A stretch of DNA of 64,000 nt from Centroscyllium fabricii (lineage: Eukaryota): the NCBI GenBank assembly GCA_051313645.2, contig JBNRSN020000016.1:22444001-22508000 (forward strand), written 5' to 3'. Below the pieces are notes generated by a model. It searched no databases, had not been told where the DNA came from, and saw only the letters and a list, made by a program, of their open reading frames with translations. Positions 22,788 to 36,190 of the stretch are shown here, in pieces; within the stretch, counting starts at the first letter, position 1, and each line of letters begins with the position of its first letter. The translations under genes and the position numbers were made by a program.

Positions 22788-23379
22788 TACAGAGGGAGGT
22801 TAGGAGAGGGAGAGATACAGAGAGAGATAGAAACAGCTTAGGAGACATCATATAGTGTTTCCCCTCCCCCTTTAAGAGCTGAGCGGCTCTGGCGTTGCTG
22901 GGAATGCCAGGTGTGGTAGATGGAGCGCTGCGCCCACGCTCGCCACTTAGCGCCTGAATATTGGCCGTTTGCACCAATGCAACGCTTGATTTAGCGCTGC
23001 AATCTGCAAGGCCGACGCTAAAGCGAATATCGGGAGATCGGGCGCTAATTTGCATCCGGCGCTAATTTTAGCGCTGCGCCCAGTGCAGCGCCCCAAAACG
23101 TGCGCTGACCAATTTAGCCTCCATAGAGTCACAGGACTGGGTTTTGCCATTGGGGGCGGGTCAGGTGGTCGGCAGGTCCCGCCCCCGCCTCCAATGTGAG
23201 GCGGGATAATTTAACGACTTGGCACTAATTGGGCACTTGATTTCCAGCGTATGGGAACCCCTGGCCCAACGAGTCTTTTGGTCCTGAGACTCGCCTCTGA
23301 TGATGTCATCTATGCAGCTGCATTGAAGGCCTGCAAATGGCCTCAGTTCATTATCTGCCGTACAACTTTCTTTGCAGAG

Positions 23380-25569
23380 ACTTCTGAGGGCTCCCTCCAA
23401 GCTCTGGTGGAGGGAGCAAGAGCTCAGAAGGAGCTGCTGCTTCCTTCCTCGGAGGATAAAACCTCCCCCACAGGTCAAAGCTGTGTGGCTGCAAGTGGCA
23501 CAGGAGGTGAGTGCCATGTAATGCAGCAAGAGGTTTCATGACCTTCTCCGCACAGGAAAAGTGAGTATGAGATCACCATGACCCTCAATCTGCTCCCCAT
23601 TGCCTCTCATCACCAGCACTATGCTTTGTCAACCTCCTCCTCCCCTTACATCGCTGCACCCTTAACCATTCCCTCTCTCTCTATGTACACATTCACTTAA
23701 CTATTCGACTTTGCAGACATTATACTCCCTGTCACTGTTATTCTAACAACACACAGGGAGGGCCCTTGGTCTTGGGACCTCACTCCATCTTTGTGTCCTT
23801 CTAAGCATCTACGCTATGGATTCTCTGCACTCACTCCTTCATTCTCACTCAAACTCCACTTGTGTCCCTCGTTGCAGGAAAAGTGAGCTCACAATAAGAG
23901 GGAAAGGGCGAAGACAGGAGGAGGGCCATATTAAACAGCCCAGCTCACCAGCGCAGAGGAGGTGGCGCTCGAGATTGTGGGAGCCGAGGAGGATGCGCAA
24001 GTGGGGGACGGCCAGATGTGTGCATCAGAGCAAGCTGGTGACAGATTGTTTTTTTGTCTCTGTCATTGACATTGCATGAGTGACTGATATTGATTCTGAT
24101 GCTCTAACAGATCGACTTATGATCATCTGCACAATTCCATGTGCATGCAATGTTTATCTCACATGTCTAACTCTTTCCTTTGATTCCCCACAGGACCATC
24201 GACAGGCCCACTCCCCACTGTCTAGGAGGAACAGCCTGAGCTACAAGACTCCTCAGAGGAAGCTGCAACCTCTGAGGGTGCAGCGTCACCAGAAATAAGC
24301 GCACCCAGCACCAGCGCAGACACTCACACCTCGGTGGGACCTTCGGGACATAGAGTAGTGTTGTCACCTTGTGTGTCATCATAGAATCATAGAATCCCTA
24401 CAGTGCAGATAGAGGCCATTTTGGCCTATCGAGCCTGCACCGACACATATCGCACCCTATCCCCGTAACCCCACATATTTAATCCCCCTAACACTAAGGG
24501 TCAATTTATCATGGCCAATCAACCTAACCCGCACATCTTTGGACTGTGGGAGGAAACCGGAGTACCCGGAGGAAACCCACGGGGACACGGGGAGAATGTG
24601 CAAACTCCACACAGATAGTCACCTGAGGCCGGATTTTAACCCGGGCCCCTAGCGCTGTGAGGCAACAGTGCTAACCACTATGCCATGCCGCCCGTATCAC
24701 AGCTCACAAGTGAGCATCAGCAGGTGGTGGAGACATGGACAGCAGTGGAGAGTCCTTGTCAGAGGGTGCAGAACTCTGCCAGCTCGGCTCAGCTGCATGT
24801 GGACCCTGTGCCTCCAGGTCCATCCAGAAGTAGAGTGGTGCTGGAACTCCAGGAACAGATGCAGGAGTCTCTGGCAGGTGTTTTCTCCAGGATCATTGCG
24901 ATTGTGGAGTGATAGAGGAGTCCATTGCTAACATAAGCAGCGCCTTTGTGGAGGCATTGGCGCATGAACGCATCACCATGGAAACAATGCCACCTCCATG
25001 GAAAGGATGGCTATTGTAGAGGAGAGGATGACTACGGCCATGGAGGAGCTAAGTTGCCAGAGTGTTGAAAACATGGTCAATGCACAGAATAGTTTGAAAT
25101 CTCTGGAGGAGCGATGGGCAGCTATTGAGCAGAGCTTTATGGAAGTCCTCTGGAGTAGGACAGCTAGTGCAGAAACAGGTTCTCATGGCCCCCCTTGAAG
25201 TGTGGCAAGGTGCTGTCCAGCCTCTTGCTAGCTCTGAAGTGGGGCTGACCCATGAGAGGGATATTGGTGGCAGAGAACAAGGAAGTGGGGGCCCCTCTCC
25301 AAGTGCACACGACCATGCCACTGCAGAGCCCTCGGTCAGAGCTCCACCAGAGTCCTCACCCAACTGAGATTGGTGTTTCAGCCCCTGCACGGACGTAGGA
25401 GGAGCAGACTGTTGGTGAGCCCTCACAGGCTCGCAATCCCAGAGGACACCTGCCAAATGTGTCAATGCAGGAGCAGCATGAAAGTGAGCAAGGGGCCTCC
25501 ACATCTGCTGAAGCCACAGGGGAAGCACCACGTAGGAGCATGCGTAAGAGGAAGATAAAGCACAAGTAG
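23380..25569 (+). pseudogene. Harbinger Myb/SANT-like DNA-binding protein, intron-containing, disrupted
   Basis: LQALVEGARAQKELL...KRFHDLLRTGK, donor GTGAGT 23561, acceptor 23877, then EK*AHNKRERAKTGGG; basic C-terminus RRSMRKRKIKHK*. Confidence 0.72.
24378..24693 (-). mobile_element. V-SINE inserted in the Harbinger Myb gene
   Basis: reverse-strand head, V-domain and (TTCTATGA)n tail. Confidence 0.85.
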
Positions 25570-25779
25570 TCACAAGGGCAGTTGTGTTATAAAATGACTT
25601 GGTGGCAAATTGTTGAAGTTGTGGGCTGTGTCATTTCGCAAATGGGACTTCCACATTGAGGGCTCAGGGCGACTTGGAATTGTCAGTATGGTGGTCAGAG
25701 TGATAGGAAGCCGCAGGTTCTTGTCCATTGTCGATGTTGTGCTAAGAAGGTGTGAGCCAAATGTGTTTGATTGGGCAGC

Positions 25780-26900
25780 CTAAGCAAATCTGGTCAAGAT
25801 CAGTGCATTCTTTGCATCCCGGGCAGCAATGTTCTCGCGTGCTGCTGCCACTGGTTGATGCGCCGCTGCAAGCTCTTCATTCTCGCTCTCCTCCTCCTCA
25901 TCTGAGGAAGATATATGAGGAGCCACTTGTACCTCAGGCAGCTGCAAGCCACGATGCTGTGCCATGTTGTGAAGTGCACAGCAGACCACAATGATTCTGG
26001 AGACCCTGGCTGCTGAGTACTGCAGGGCTCCACCTGATCTATCAAGGCATCTGAGTCGCATCTTCAGCAAACCGATGGTTTGCTCGATAATGGATCTGGT
26101 GGAAATGTGGCTGGAGTTGGAGTGCTCCTCGGCTTCATTGGATGGCCTCCTCAAATGCGTCATTAGCCACGTCTTCAGGGGATAGCCCTTGTCTCCAAGT
26201 AGCCATCCGCAAATTTGGTCTGGCAGACTGAAGAGCGAAGGCACACTAGACTGGCACAGGATGAAGGAGTCATGGCAACTGCCAGGGTACTTGGCGCAAA
26301 CTTACAAAATTTACTTCTTGTGGTTACACACCAGCTGCACGTTGAGGGAGTGGAAGCCCTTGCGGTTGACAAAAATACCTGGATTAGGATGGGGTGCCTT
26401 AAGGGCCACATGTGTGCAGTCTACGACGCCTTGCACCCTTAGAAAGTCTGCCAGATTAGCAAATCCAACGGCACGCGCGGCTACACTTGCTTGATCCTTG
26501 GAGAATTTGATGTAATTGTGCGCATTGGCCAAGAGGGCATTGGTTACCTGCGTGATGCCAGTGTGTGCGGCCACCTGGGAGATGCCGCTGATGTCTGCAG
26601 ATCCTTGGAATGAGCCTGAAGCAAAAATGTTGAGAGCGGTGGTGACTTTGACGGCCACTGGTAAGGGGTGTCCACCCGTTCCTCTGGGCTCCAGGTCTTG
26701 CTGCACCATTGCGCAGATGTCACCCACTGCCTCTCGCGAAAGTCTGAGCCTCCTTTGGCACTAAGCTCAGTCATGTTGAGGAAGCTCATCCTCTGTAAAC
26801 CCTGTTTGGGGAGTATCACCTGCGCTGACGTCCTTCCCTGCGCTGGTGCCTTCTGGCCTGTGCAGCTTAAGGTGGGTGAGCAGCAGGTTGGCACTTCTGT
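25780..26900 (-). pseudogene. Harbinger DDE transposase (HARBI1-like), frameshifted
   Basis: [65 protein letters not shown] across several frames. Confidence 0.9.
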
Positions 26901-27371
26901 TGTTGCTGCTGCTGTTGTTCCTGGCTTTGCTGCTGCCGTGGTTGCTCTTCGTCCGACTCCAAGGTCCAGGAGGAGAGGAAATAAATGGTTCTCATGCTGC
27001 AGGTATGTACCTCAGTTGAGGAAGCGCTCAGTCAAGATGGGGAGAGGGGTTTCCAAGGACGTCACACTGGAGATGGAACTCCGCTTCAAAACTTGAAAAA
27101 TCAGTAGACATGCAAAAAGTTCTCCAAGACTTGAGAAAAGAAAGTTCTGGCACCTGTAAATGATCATTGTGCAAAACTCTGTTTTTATAGTAGAGCTGCA
27201 GCTGTCAGTAAGCCATCCACTTGTCAGCCCGCCAGGATTAACTGGCGTGTTCCAGGGGAGACGTGCAGCACGTGGGAAATGTGGTAAACTCTGAACGGCC
27301 TCTCAAAATAAAGGCACTTAAATGGTAGTTAAGGGCCTGAAGGGCCTATCCCGCCTCTTGGAGGAGGGACC

Positions 27372-27683
27372 TGATGCACGATCAATTAAACTCAAAGACT
27401 GGTTGAGGTTCAACTTAGGCTATTATTAGCAGTGATCAGAGCCTGGCTCCTTCCACAGTCGAGTTCAGGGGGAAAATGGAGAAAGCTCAGCAGCCGCTGG
27501 CTTTATACTCTGAATGTGGGTGAAGCCAGCACTGACCGAGTCCTCCGAGAACCAAGGTTTACACACAGTGGTGGCGAACGGTATTGCAGGTAAATATATA
27601 CAAACAGTGAACAGACAGTGAACAACAAGGCAACTATTTACACAGTGGATACGTGGCGGTAAACCGTATTGTGGTTTACCACA
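27372..27683 (-). mobile_element. solo LTR, Gypsy lineage 2
   Basis: reverse strand TGTGGTAAACCAC...GTGCATCA, 5-bp TSD GGACC. Confidence 0.88.
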
Positions 27684-27835
27684 GGACCGAAACGGGGTCT
27701 GAAAGCCCGCATTTGGGAAAGTTGCTCAGAGGCGGGTTGGAGGCGGGATTGGAGCCCGACGTCCCTTTTGGCAACTTTCCCACCTGACCCGCCTTCAAAC
27801 CCGCCACCTTGGGCCTGGCAAAATCCAGCCCATTG

Positions 27836-28110
27836 AGTCATGATGGCACAGAAGGAGGCCATTCAGCCCATCGAGTCCATGCCGGCTCTCTGTAGAGCAA
27901 GCCAGTCAGTTCCATTCCCCTGCTCTATCCCTGTAGCCCTGCAAGTTTATTTCCCTCAAGTGCGGATCCAGTCTCCCCTTGAATACATTGCATGTCTCCG
28001 CTTCTACCACTTCAGTCGGCAGCGAGTTCCAGGTCCTCACCACTCGCTGCGTAAAAAAGTTTTTCCTCACATCTCCCCTGTATCTCTTGCCCAAAACCTT
28101 AAATCTGTGT
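27836..28110 (-). mobile_element. CR1 LINE 3' fragment
   Basis: RKNFFTQRVVRTWNSLP. Confidence 0.8.
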
Positions 28111-28950
28111 CATGTAGCGTCTTTAATGTGGTAAAACGTCCCAAGGCGCTTCAGAGAACCACATAAAGAAATGTTAGGACGTTTGGCCAAGAGCTTGGTC
28201 AAAGAGGTAGATTTTAAGGAGGGTCAGAGAGGAGGAGAGAGGTGGAGATGTGGAGAGGTTTAGGGCGTAACGCCAGTATGTGATTAGCATCCCGCATTGT
28301 TGGGAGGTATGATTCAGTTTAAAAATTAAAGTGCCCACCCCAGAGAATGTAACCGATTGCTGGGCGATTGATCTACCAAAACTTTGTGTCCGATCTAGCA
28401 GAGCCCAGATGCTTTTCCCTGGCTTGATAAACGATGGCTCCTTTTAAGCTTCTGCAGGTGACAGAATTCTCCTGGGTGCAATAGGAAAACCTAGTGGGAA
28501 CCCACCAGAGATATGTGAATTAACGTGACCCTGGTAAATTTGCGAGTGTCAGTGCCAGCGACTGGCGGGCGAGTGGAATTTCTGATCCACCCCACTTACT
28601 GTGGTATATCTGTTAAATAGGAACAATAGGAAAGTCTAGACCAGGACAACTCAGACTTGCTCAGTACAATTTCTCCACTGAATTGTGCTCTCAGCTGAGG
28701 TCACATTGCTGTCACTTTGCCTTTGGGAGTACTTAAAAAGGCATCATCGTGAAAAAGTTTTCATCTAGCCTATTTTCAGTTATTCGCACGTACAAAACAG
28801 GATAAAATAAAATGTCAAAACACATTATGAGAAAAAGAATGATTTGTGCATTTCTGGCTTAGCTTCCCTTCAAAACAGAAAAAAAAGTTGGCACATGTTT
28901 TTAAAAGCAAGAACATGTTCTTGTATTATTAAGACCTGTAATAGCTCCAT

Positions 28951-30745
28951 TAGATTCTGGGAAACATGGAACAGCCCCATCTGATTCTAGACAACCTGGA
29001 ACAGCCCTGCCTGATTTTAGACAACCTGTAACAGGCCCGTCTGATTCTGGACAACATGGAACAATCCTGTCTGATTCTAGACAACCTGTAAAAGTCCCAT
29101 CTGATTCTAGACAACATGTAAGAGCCCTGTCTGATTCTGGACAACCTGTAACAGGCCCGTCTGATTCTAGACAACCTGTAACAGCGCCGTCTGATTCCAG
29201 ACAACATGTAAGAGCCCTGTCTGATTCTGGCCAAACTGGAACAGCGCCGTCTGATTATGGACAACCTCTAACAGCCCCGTCTGATTCTGGAAAACATGGA
29301 ACAGACCCGTCTGATTCTAGACAACCTGTAACAGCCCCGTCTGATTCTAGACAACATGTAAGAGCCCTGTCTGATTCTGGACAACATGTAACAGACCCGT
29401 CTGATTCGGGACAACCTGGAACAGACCCGTCTGATTCTGGACAACTCGAAACAGCCCTGTCTGATTCTGGAAAACATGGAACAGACCCGTCTGATTATGG
29501 CCAACCTGGAACAGCCCCATCTGATTCTGCACAACCTGTAACAACCCTGTCTGATTATGGGAAACCTCTAACAGCCCCGTCTGATTCTGGAGAACATGGA
29601 ACAGACCCGTCTGATTCTAGACAACCTGAAACAGACCAGTCTGATTCGGGACAACCTGGAACAGCCCCGTCTGATTCTGGGCACCTTGGAAAAGCCCCAT
29701 CTGACTTGGACAACCTGTAACAGCCCCATCTGATTCTAGACAACCTGTAACAGCCCTGTCTGATTCTGGACAACCTGAAACAACCCCATCTGATTCTAGA
29801 CAACCTGGAAAAGCCCCGTCTGATTCTAGACAACCTTCAACAGCCCCGTCTGATTCTAGACAACCTTCAACAGCCCTGTCTGATTCTGGACAACCTGAAA
29901 CAACCCCATCTGATTCTGGACAAACTGTAACTGCCCCGTCTGATTCTAGACAACCTGGAAAAGCTCCATCTCATTCTGGACAACCTGGTACAGTCTCATC
30001 TGATTCTGGACAACCCGTACAGCCCCGTCTGATTCTAAACAACCTGTAAGAGCCCTGTCTGATTCTGGCCAATATGTGACTGCCCCGTCTGATGCTGGGC
30101 AACCTGTAACAGCCCCACCTGATTCTAGACAACGTGTAAGAGCCCCGTCTGATTCTGGACAACATGTAACAGCCCTGTCTGATTCTAGACAACCTGTAAG
30201 AGCCCCGTCTGATTCTGGACAACATGTAACAGCCCTGTCTGATTCTAGACAACGTGTAAGAGCCCCGTCTGATTCTGGACAACATGTAACAGCCCTGTCT
30301 GATTCTAGACAACCTGTAAGAGCCCTGTCTGATTCTGAACAATATGTGACTGCTTCGTCTGATTCTGGACAACCTGTAACAGTCCCGTGTGATTGTAGAC
30401 AACCTTTAACAGTCTCATCTGATTATGGACAACCTGTAACAGCCCTGTCTGATTCTGGACAACTTGTAACAGCCCCATCAGATTTTGGACAACCTGTAAC
30501 AGCCCCGTCTGATTCTGGACAACCTGTAACAGCCCCGTCTGATTCTAGACAACCTGTAGCAGCCCCATCTGATTCTGGACAACCTGTAACAGTCCCGTGT
30601 GGTTCTAGACAACTTTTAACAGTCTTGTCTGATTCTGGACAACCTGCAACAGCCCCGTCTGATTCTGGACAACCTGTAGCAGCCCTGTCTGATTCTGGAC
30701 AACCTATAACAGCCCCCTCTGATTCTGGGCAACCTGTAACAGCTC
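28951..30745. repeat. 30-bp minisatellite, about 60 units
   Basis: consensus CTGATTCTRGACAACCTGTAACAGCCCCGT, contiguous units, two 29-bp units near 29705 and 30018. Confidence 0.95.
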
Positions 30746-31844
30746 AGCATCTATTGCCCAATTTCACCTAATGTTGTCCGGCCTCCACTGTAAATCTCAG
30801 GTTAAAATATTTAGTGTTTCTTTGATGCATTCTAATGAGTTTGAGCAGGTGACACCTGTTATGCTGTCTTCTAATTCAACTACTTTTCTGGGATTTCAGA
30901 TCGGCAGAATTCCTTGCCTTCCCCAGTTTTCCTTTTCTTCTGCACTCTTCGGACTTTCAGAACCCAAGCTTTACATCACCAAATCACTCTTCCCTCCTAC
31001 TCTTTCCAACTTGTGTGGTGTCTAGCCCTAAGGTCCTTCACCTAGTTTCTTCCATTAAAAAAAAATTAAGACCCAAATGGAAATGTTATTTCCTACTAGT
31101 TTTACAAGTCACGAAGTACCATTCACATCTCCACCATAATTGTACATCAGACGCATATAGACCAGCTCATTGCAGCAATGAGTTTTTTAAATACACTTCA
31201 CTAAACATTTTCCCCCTATTCCAAGCACTGATTTATTGATTCAGTCACTGTTTACACAGCAGAGCAGTGCTGGCCTCTTTGCATTGCCTCATGTGTCATC
31301 AGTGTGCGTCCAACTGCAACAACATTCTGTAGAAAGAACTTAAACTCCACGCCAGATATTTCAAGTATTTCTTCTGTCATTCTCTTGCCTCTGGACAACT
31401 TTGCATTCCCTTTGATTTGTCAACATTGTCCTGCTCACTCATTCCCTGCCAGCTCGCCCGTACACCGGCGTTACCATCAGCACAACACGCTGTCTGTCAG
31501 TGCGTGTCACTGTGCTAACTTTGCAGGCCTCGTGGCCCGAGCATTGCAAGCAGTGACAGCGGTGTCACAAAATTTAGTTGCTTGCGGAACACCAGGCTGA
31601 AACTTTTGAAAGCTGGCATCTCACCTCAAAGGCAGAAATGAACAATCACAATCTTGGCAGTCACTGAAACATCATGTCGAATAAACGTAAGAATTTTCTC
31701 GACACGGAGCTGAAAACAATTGGTTCCATCAGAATGAAGCCTAATTGATAGGATTTCAGTAAATTTCACAACACAGAAACTTTCAGCGACCGTCCTAACA
31801 CGGATGTTGTAAAATAACATTTGGTGAACTTGCAATTAAATTTG

Positions 31845-32050
31845 ACAACAACAACTTGCATTTATAATGGCACCTTGAAAATAGTAAAACGTCCCAAGGC
31901 GCGTCATTGACGCCAAACCAAAGAAAGAGACATTAGGACAGGTGACCAAATGCTTGGTCAAAGAGGTAGGTTTTAAGGAGGGTCTGAAAGGAAGAGAGTG
32001 AGGTAGAGAGGCGGAAAGGTTTAGGGAGTGAATTTCAGAGCCTGGGGTCC
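31845..32050 (-). mobile_element. L2-like LINE 3' end
   Basis: CAACAACTTGCATTTATA...GTCCCAAGGCGC...TTGGTCAAAGAGGTAGGTTTTAAGGAG. Confidence 0.65.
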
Positions 32051-32052
32051 TA

Positions 32053-32528
32053 TGGGGAGGCGGTGGCGTAGTGGTTATGTCACTAGACTAGTAAGCCAGA
32101 GGCTCAAACAAATGCTCTGAGGATATGGGTTCAAATCCCACCATGGCAACTGGTGGAATTTCAATTCAATTCAATTTAATTCTGGAATTAAATGTTAGTC
32201 TTAGTAATGGCCACCATGATACCATTGTCGATTGTTGCAAAAACCCATCTGGTTCACTAATGTCCTTTAGGGAAGGAAATCTGCCATCCTTACCTGGTCT
32301 GGCCTACATGTGACTCCAGACCCACAGCAATGTGGTTGACTCTTAATGCCCTCTGAAATGGCCCAGCAAACCACTCAGTTGAAAACAACCGCTACGAAAA
32401 ACAATAAGACTGCAGCGGTTCAAGAAGGCGGCTCACCACCATCTTCTCAAGGGCAATTAGGGATGGGCACTAAATGCAGGCCTAGCCAGTCAGCGACGCC
32501 CACATCCCATCAACGAATAAAAAAAAAG
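32053..32528 (+). mobile_element. tRNA-derived SINE family B, full length
   Basis: GGTGGCGTAGTGG A box, GGTTCAAATCC B box, ends GAATAAAAAAAAA; inverted relative at 43070. Confidence 0.8.
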
Positions 32529-32673
32529 GCTGAAAGCACAGCCGCCAATGGTGGAGCGATGAAAAACAGTAATACGCAAGAGGCCAGAGTTGGAGGAGCG
32601 CAGAGATCTTAAATGACTAATAAGTATCTCTCATCTAATTATCATTCAAGAAAACTTAAGTAATTAAGACTTG

Positions 32674-35600
32674 GTGTTCAATTTTCCTTCAGCTGTGGGG
32701 AATTAGCGGGTTTCTGTCAGGTCAGGTTTCCCACACGAATCCTAAAGGGCCTGGGAGCCCCACACAATTTTGGCTCAATTGGCCAATTGATTTCCAGCGT
32801 GTGGGAACCCTTGGCAACTGAGTATTTCCAGTCAGAAAGTCGCACAATATGATGTCATCGTTGCTGGTGCATTTCAGGTCCACAGCAAGGCTTGCTTCTG
32901 CTGCAGACTGCCAACCTTTTGCCCTTTCATGCCAGAGGGACCTGGAGGCAGAATCGCCATCGAGAGACCTAGGTCTGCTTCCAGGTTTGGTGATGTGGCC
33001 CTGCAAGCTTTAGTAGAGGGAGCAAGAGCTCATAAAGAGGTGCTCTTCCCTTCTTCAGGGAGGAAGAAGTCTCCCCAGCAGGCTGTGTGGATCCAGGTGG
33101 CAGAGGAGGGCAACTCATTATCAGAACCCCGCAGAACCTGGATTCAGTGCAGGAAGAGATTTCATGACCTTCTACACACTGGAAAAATGAGGATGGAATT
33201 CCCCTCACCCTCAATCTGATCCCCAATGCCTTTCCTCACCAGCACTCGGCTTCAGCAATCTCTTCCTCCACATCCCACTTGACACTCACATCCATGCACC
33301 CTTACCCATTCCCTCTCTCTCTCTATGCTCACATTCACATTACTATTCCACCATGCAGCCCTCACACTCCCTATCACTCTGATGCTTTGAACACAACTGA
33401 CAACACATATGGAGTGCCCTTGGTCTGCCCACCTCACTCCATCTTTGTCTCCTTCTAAGTATCTATGCTATGGAATCTCTACACTCACTCCTTCATTCTC
33501 ACTCAACCTCCATTTGTCTCCCTCATTGCAGGAAAAGAGAGCTCACAATAAGTGAGAAAGAGTGAGGACAGGAGGAGGGTCACCCTCACTAGCCCACCTC
33601 AACCCCTGGGAGGAAGTGGTCCTGGAGATCGTAGAAGTGGAGGAAGAAGCGCAAGTGGGGGACAGACAGACGGGTGCATCACAGCAAGCTGGGGACAGAT
33701 TAGTTCTCCATCTCTCTCATTGACATTGCATGAGTCGCTGATAATGATTCTGAAGATCTAACAGATGGACTTATGATCATCTGCAATACGCAATGTGCAT
33801 GTAACCTTGGCCTCACATCTCTGACTCTTTCCTTTACTCCCCCACAGGACCATCGCAAGCAGCCGTCCCCACTAGCCAGGAGGAAGAGCCAGAGCATCCG
33901 GACTCCTCAGAGGAAGCTGCAACCTCTGAGGGCGCAGCATCAGCAGAATTCAGCGCACCCAGCACCAGCGCAGACACTCACACCTCGGGGGGACCTTCGG
34001 GACATAGAGTAGTGTTGGCACCTGGTGTCTCACAGCTCAAAAGTGAGCATCAGCAGATGGTGGAGACAGGGGCAGCAGTGCAGAGTCCTAGTCAGAGGGT
34101 GCAGGACTTTGCCAGCTGGGCTCAGCTGCATGTCGACCCTCTGCCTCAGGGTCCATCCATAAGATCGGTGGTGGTGGAACTCCAGGAACAGATGCAGGAG
34201 TGGGTGGGTGAGCAGCAGCCTGGCGCTCCTGTTGCTGCTGCTGTTGTTCCTGGTTCTGCTGGTGCCACAGCTGGTGGGGGAGCTCATCTAATGCCCAGAA
34301 AGGAATGAAATAAATGGCATCATGCTTCTGGCATATGCCTCCACTGAGAAAGGGCTGAGTGAAGGTGCTGAGAGGGGTTTCCCAGGAGTTCACACTGGAG
34401 ATATGTGTGAGGCTCCAACCTTCCACAGGTGTGCTTAAGACTTCCAGAAGTTGCCCCAATCCTGAAAAAATAAGGCCCTGCCACCTGCATATGATGGCTG
34501 ATTCAATCTCATAATTTATGATGGACTTCAATTCAATTCAATTCAATTCAATTCAAGTTTTATTGTCATTGCAGAGTACTAGTACAATACAACGAGACGA
34601 AGACTCGACTCTCCCGAGAGTAGTGCAAATAAAATAAATAAATTACATGCAAATTGCATACAGTAAAGTACATTATCAGGCATGCAGGTACCGGAGTTTC
34701 TTTTTAGAGTTCAGGAGGCTGACAGCCCTGGGGAAGAAGCTGTTCTGAAATCTAGTCGTGCGGGTGCAAATTGCTCTGTAGCATCTCCCGGAGGGCAGGG
34801 GGGCGAACAGACTGTGGCTGGGATGTGTGGGGTCTTTAATAATGTTCATAGACCTCCGTAAGCAGCGTTTGAGGTAGATGCTTTCCATTGACGGTAGCTG
34901 TGTACCGGTAATTCGTTGGGCAGTTTTGACTACCCGCTGCAGGGTCTTCCGGTCCGAGATGGTGCAATTACCATACCAGACAGTGATGCAGCTTGTCAGT
35001 ATGCTTTCTATTGTGCAGCGGTAGAAGTTGGAGAGGATGCCGGATGACAGCCTGGCTTTCTTCAGCTTCCTTAGGTAGTACAGGCGCTGTTGGGCCTTCT
35101 TAACCAGAGAGGAGGTGTTTAGTGACCAGGAGAGATCTTCCGAGATGTGGACCCCGAAGAACTTGAAGCTGGGCACCCTTTCCACCTCAGCCCCTTGGAT
35201 GAAGATGGGGGTGTGTCTTCTGCCTCCAGTCCTCCAGAAGTCCACTATGATCTCCTTAGTTTTCTTGGTGTTCAGTGCCAGGTTGTTGTCGGCACACCAA
35301 CCCACAAGACGCTGGATCTCATCCCTGTAGGCTGACTCATCGTTGTTGGTGATCTGGCCAAACACCATGGTGTCATCCGCGAACTTGATGATCGTGTTGG
35401 AGCCATGGACAGCCGCACAGTCGTGAGTGAAGAGGGAGCAGAGGAGGGGGCTGAGCACACAACCTTGTGGGGCCCCCGTGTTCAGGGTAAGGGGAGAGGA
35501 GGTGAGGTTGCCTAACTTCACAGACTGTGGTCTGTTGGTTAGGAAGCCCAGGGTCCAGTTGCAGAGGGAGGTGTTCAGGCCGAGGGTGAGGAGTTTGGTA

Positions 35601-35943
35601 AACAATTTGCTGGGGACTTGCAGCTGAAAGTCAGCAAGCCGAATATATCCCCGCCAGGTTTCACCGGCGGTGTTTCCAGCTGGCAGGTTTTGTGTGGGAA
35701 AAGGCTGAAAATTGCAAGGACCCCTTAAAATGGGATTATAGATGCCAATCAAGGATGATTAAGGTGCCTAAAGACCATTCCCGCCAGTCGCGGGCGGGAC
35801 TGATTTGGGTCGAACAGACAATGGCAGGGGAAAATTGCAATGCGTCGGGAAACATGCAGGAGGGGTCGCGGCCCCCCGGTTTTGCAATTTTGTGGCCCGC
35901 CCCACCGAAAAGCCCGCCTGACGGCTCAAGGAAAATTGACCCC
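32674..35943. mobile_element. internally deleted Harbinger relative carrying a Rex1 insertion
   Basis: TIRs about 17/20 (GTGTTCAATTTTCCTTCAGC / GCTCAAGGAAAATTGACCCC); Myb 5' part (WIQCRKRFHDLLHTGK) joined near 34200 to the transposase 5' region. Confidence 0.78.
34529..35613 (-). mobile_element. Rex1/Babar-like LINE, 5'-truncated, RT C-terminal half open
   Basis: [17 protein letters not shown], Rex1 C-terminus, (TTGAA)n tail, TSD GGACTT at 34523 and 35614. Confidence 0.9.
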
Positions 35944-36190
35944 TTTGGGTCTGAATAGGAATCACTTTGGAAATGGGCAAGTCCTGCTGTCAGTCGATCC
36001 GATTGGATTTATCGCACATCAGTATGATTGCAGCATTAGCCTCTTGCCTGTGAAAAAGTCACACTGTGTCCTGGCTAATATGAGGGAAAACGTGTATCTG
36101 GTAGGTGATGCATCTCTCAGCTCTAATCTCCAAACTCCAATTTCTCGCTCATCTTCAAAAATATTCTCATCTCTCTATATAATTAATATT

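Larger units (their letters stand above)
23134..27831. mobile_element. PIF/Harbinger DNA transposon, two convergent genes, decayed
   Basis: TIRs GGACTGGGTTTTGCC / GGCAAAATCCAGCCC (13/15); transposase on minus strand, Myb/SANT gene on plus strand. Confidence 0.85.

Noticed and set aside
25780-26900. Domesticated HARBI1 host gene
   Set aside because: Frameshifted, and enclosed by TIRs together with its Myb partner, so a transposon copy.
28951-30745. CRISPR array
   Set aside because: Units are contiguous with no unique spacers, there are no cas genes, and the context is eukaryotic.
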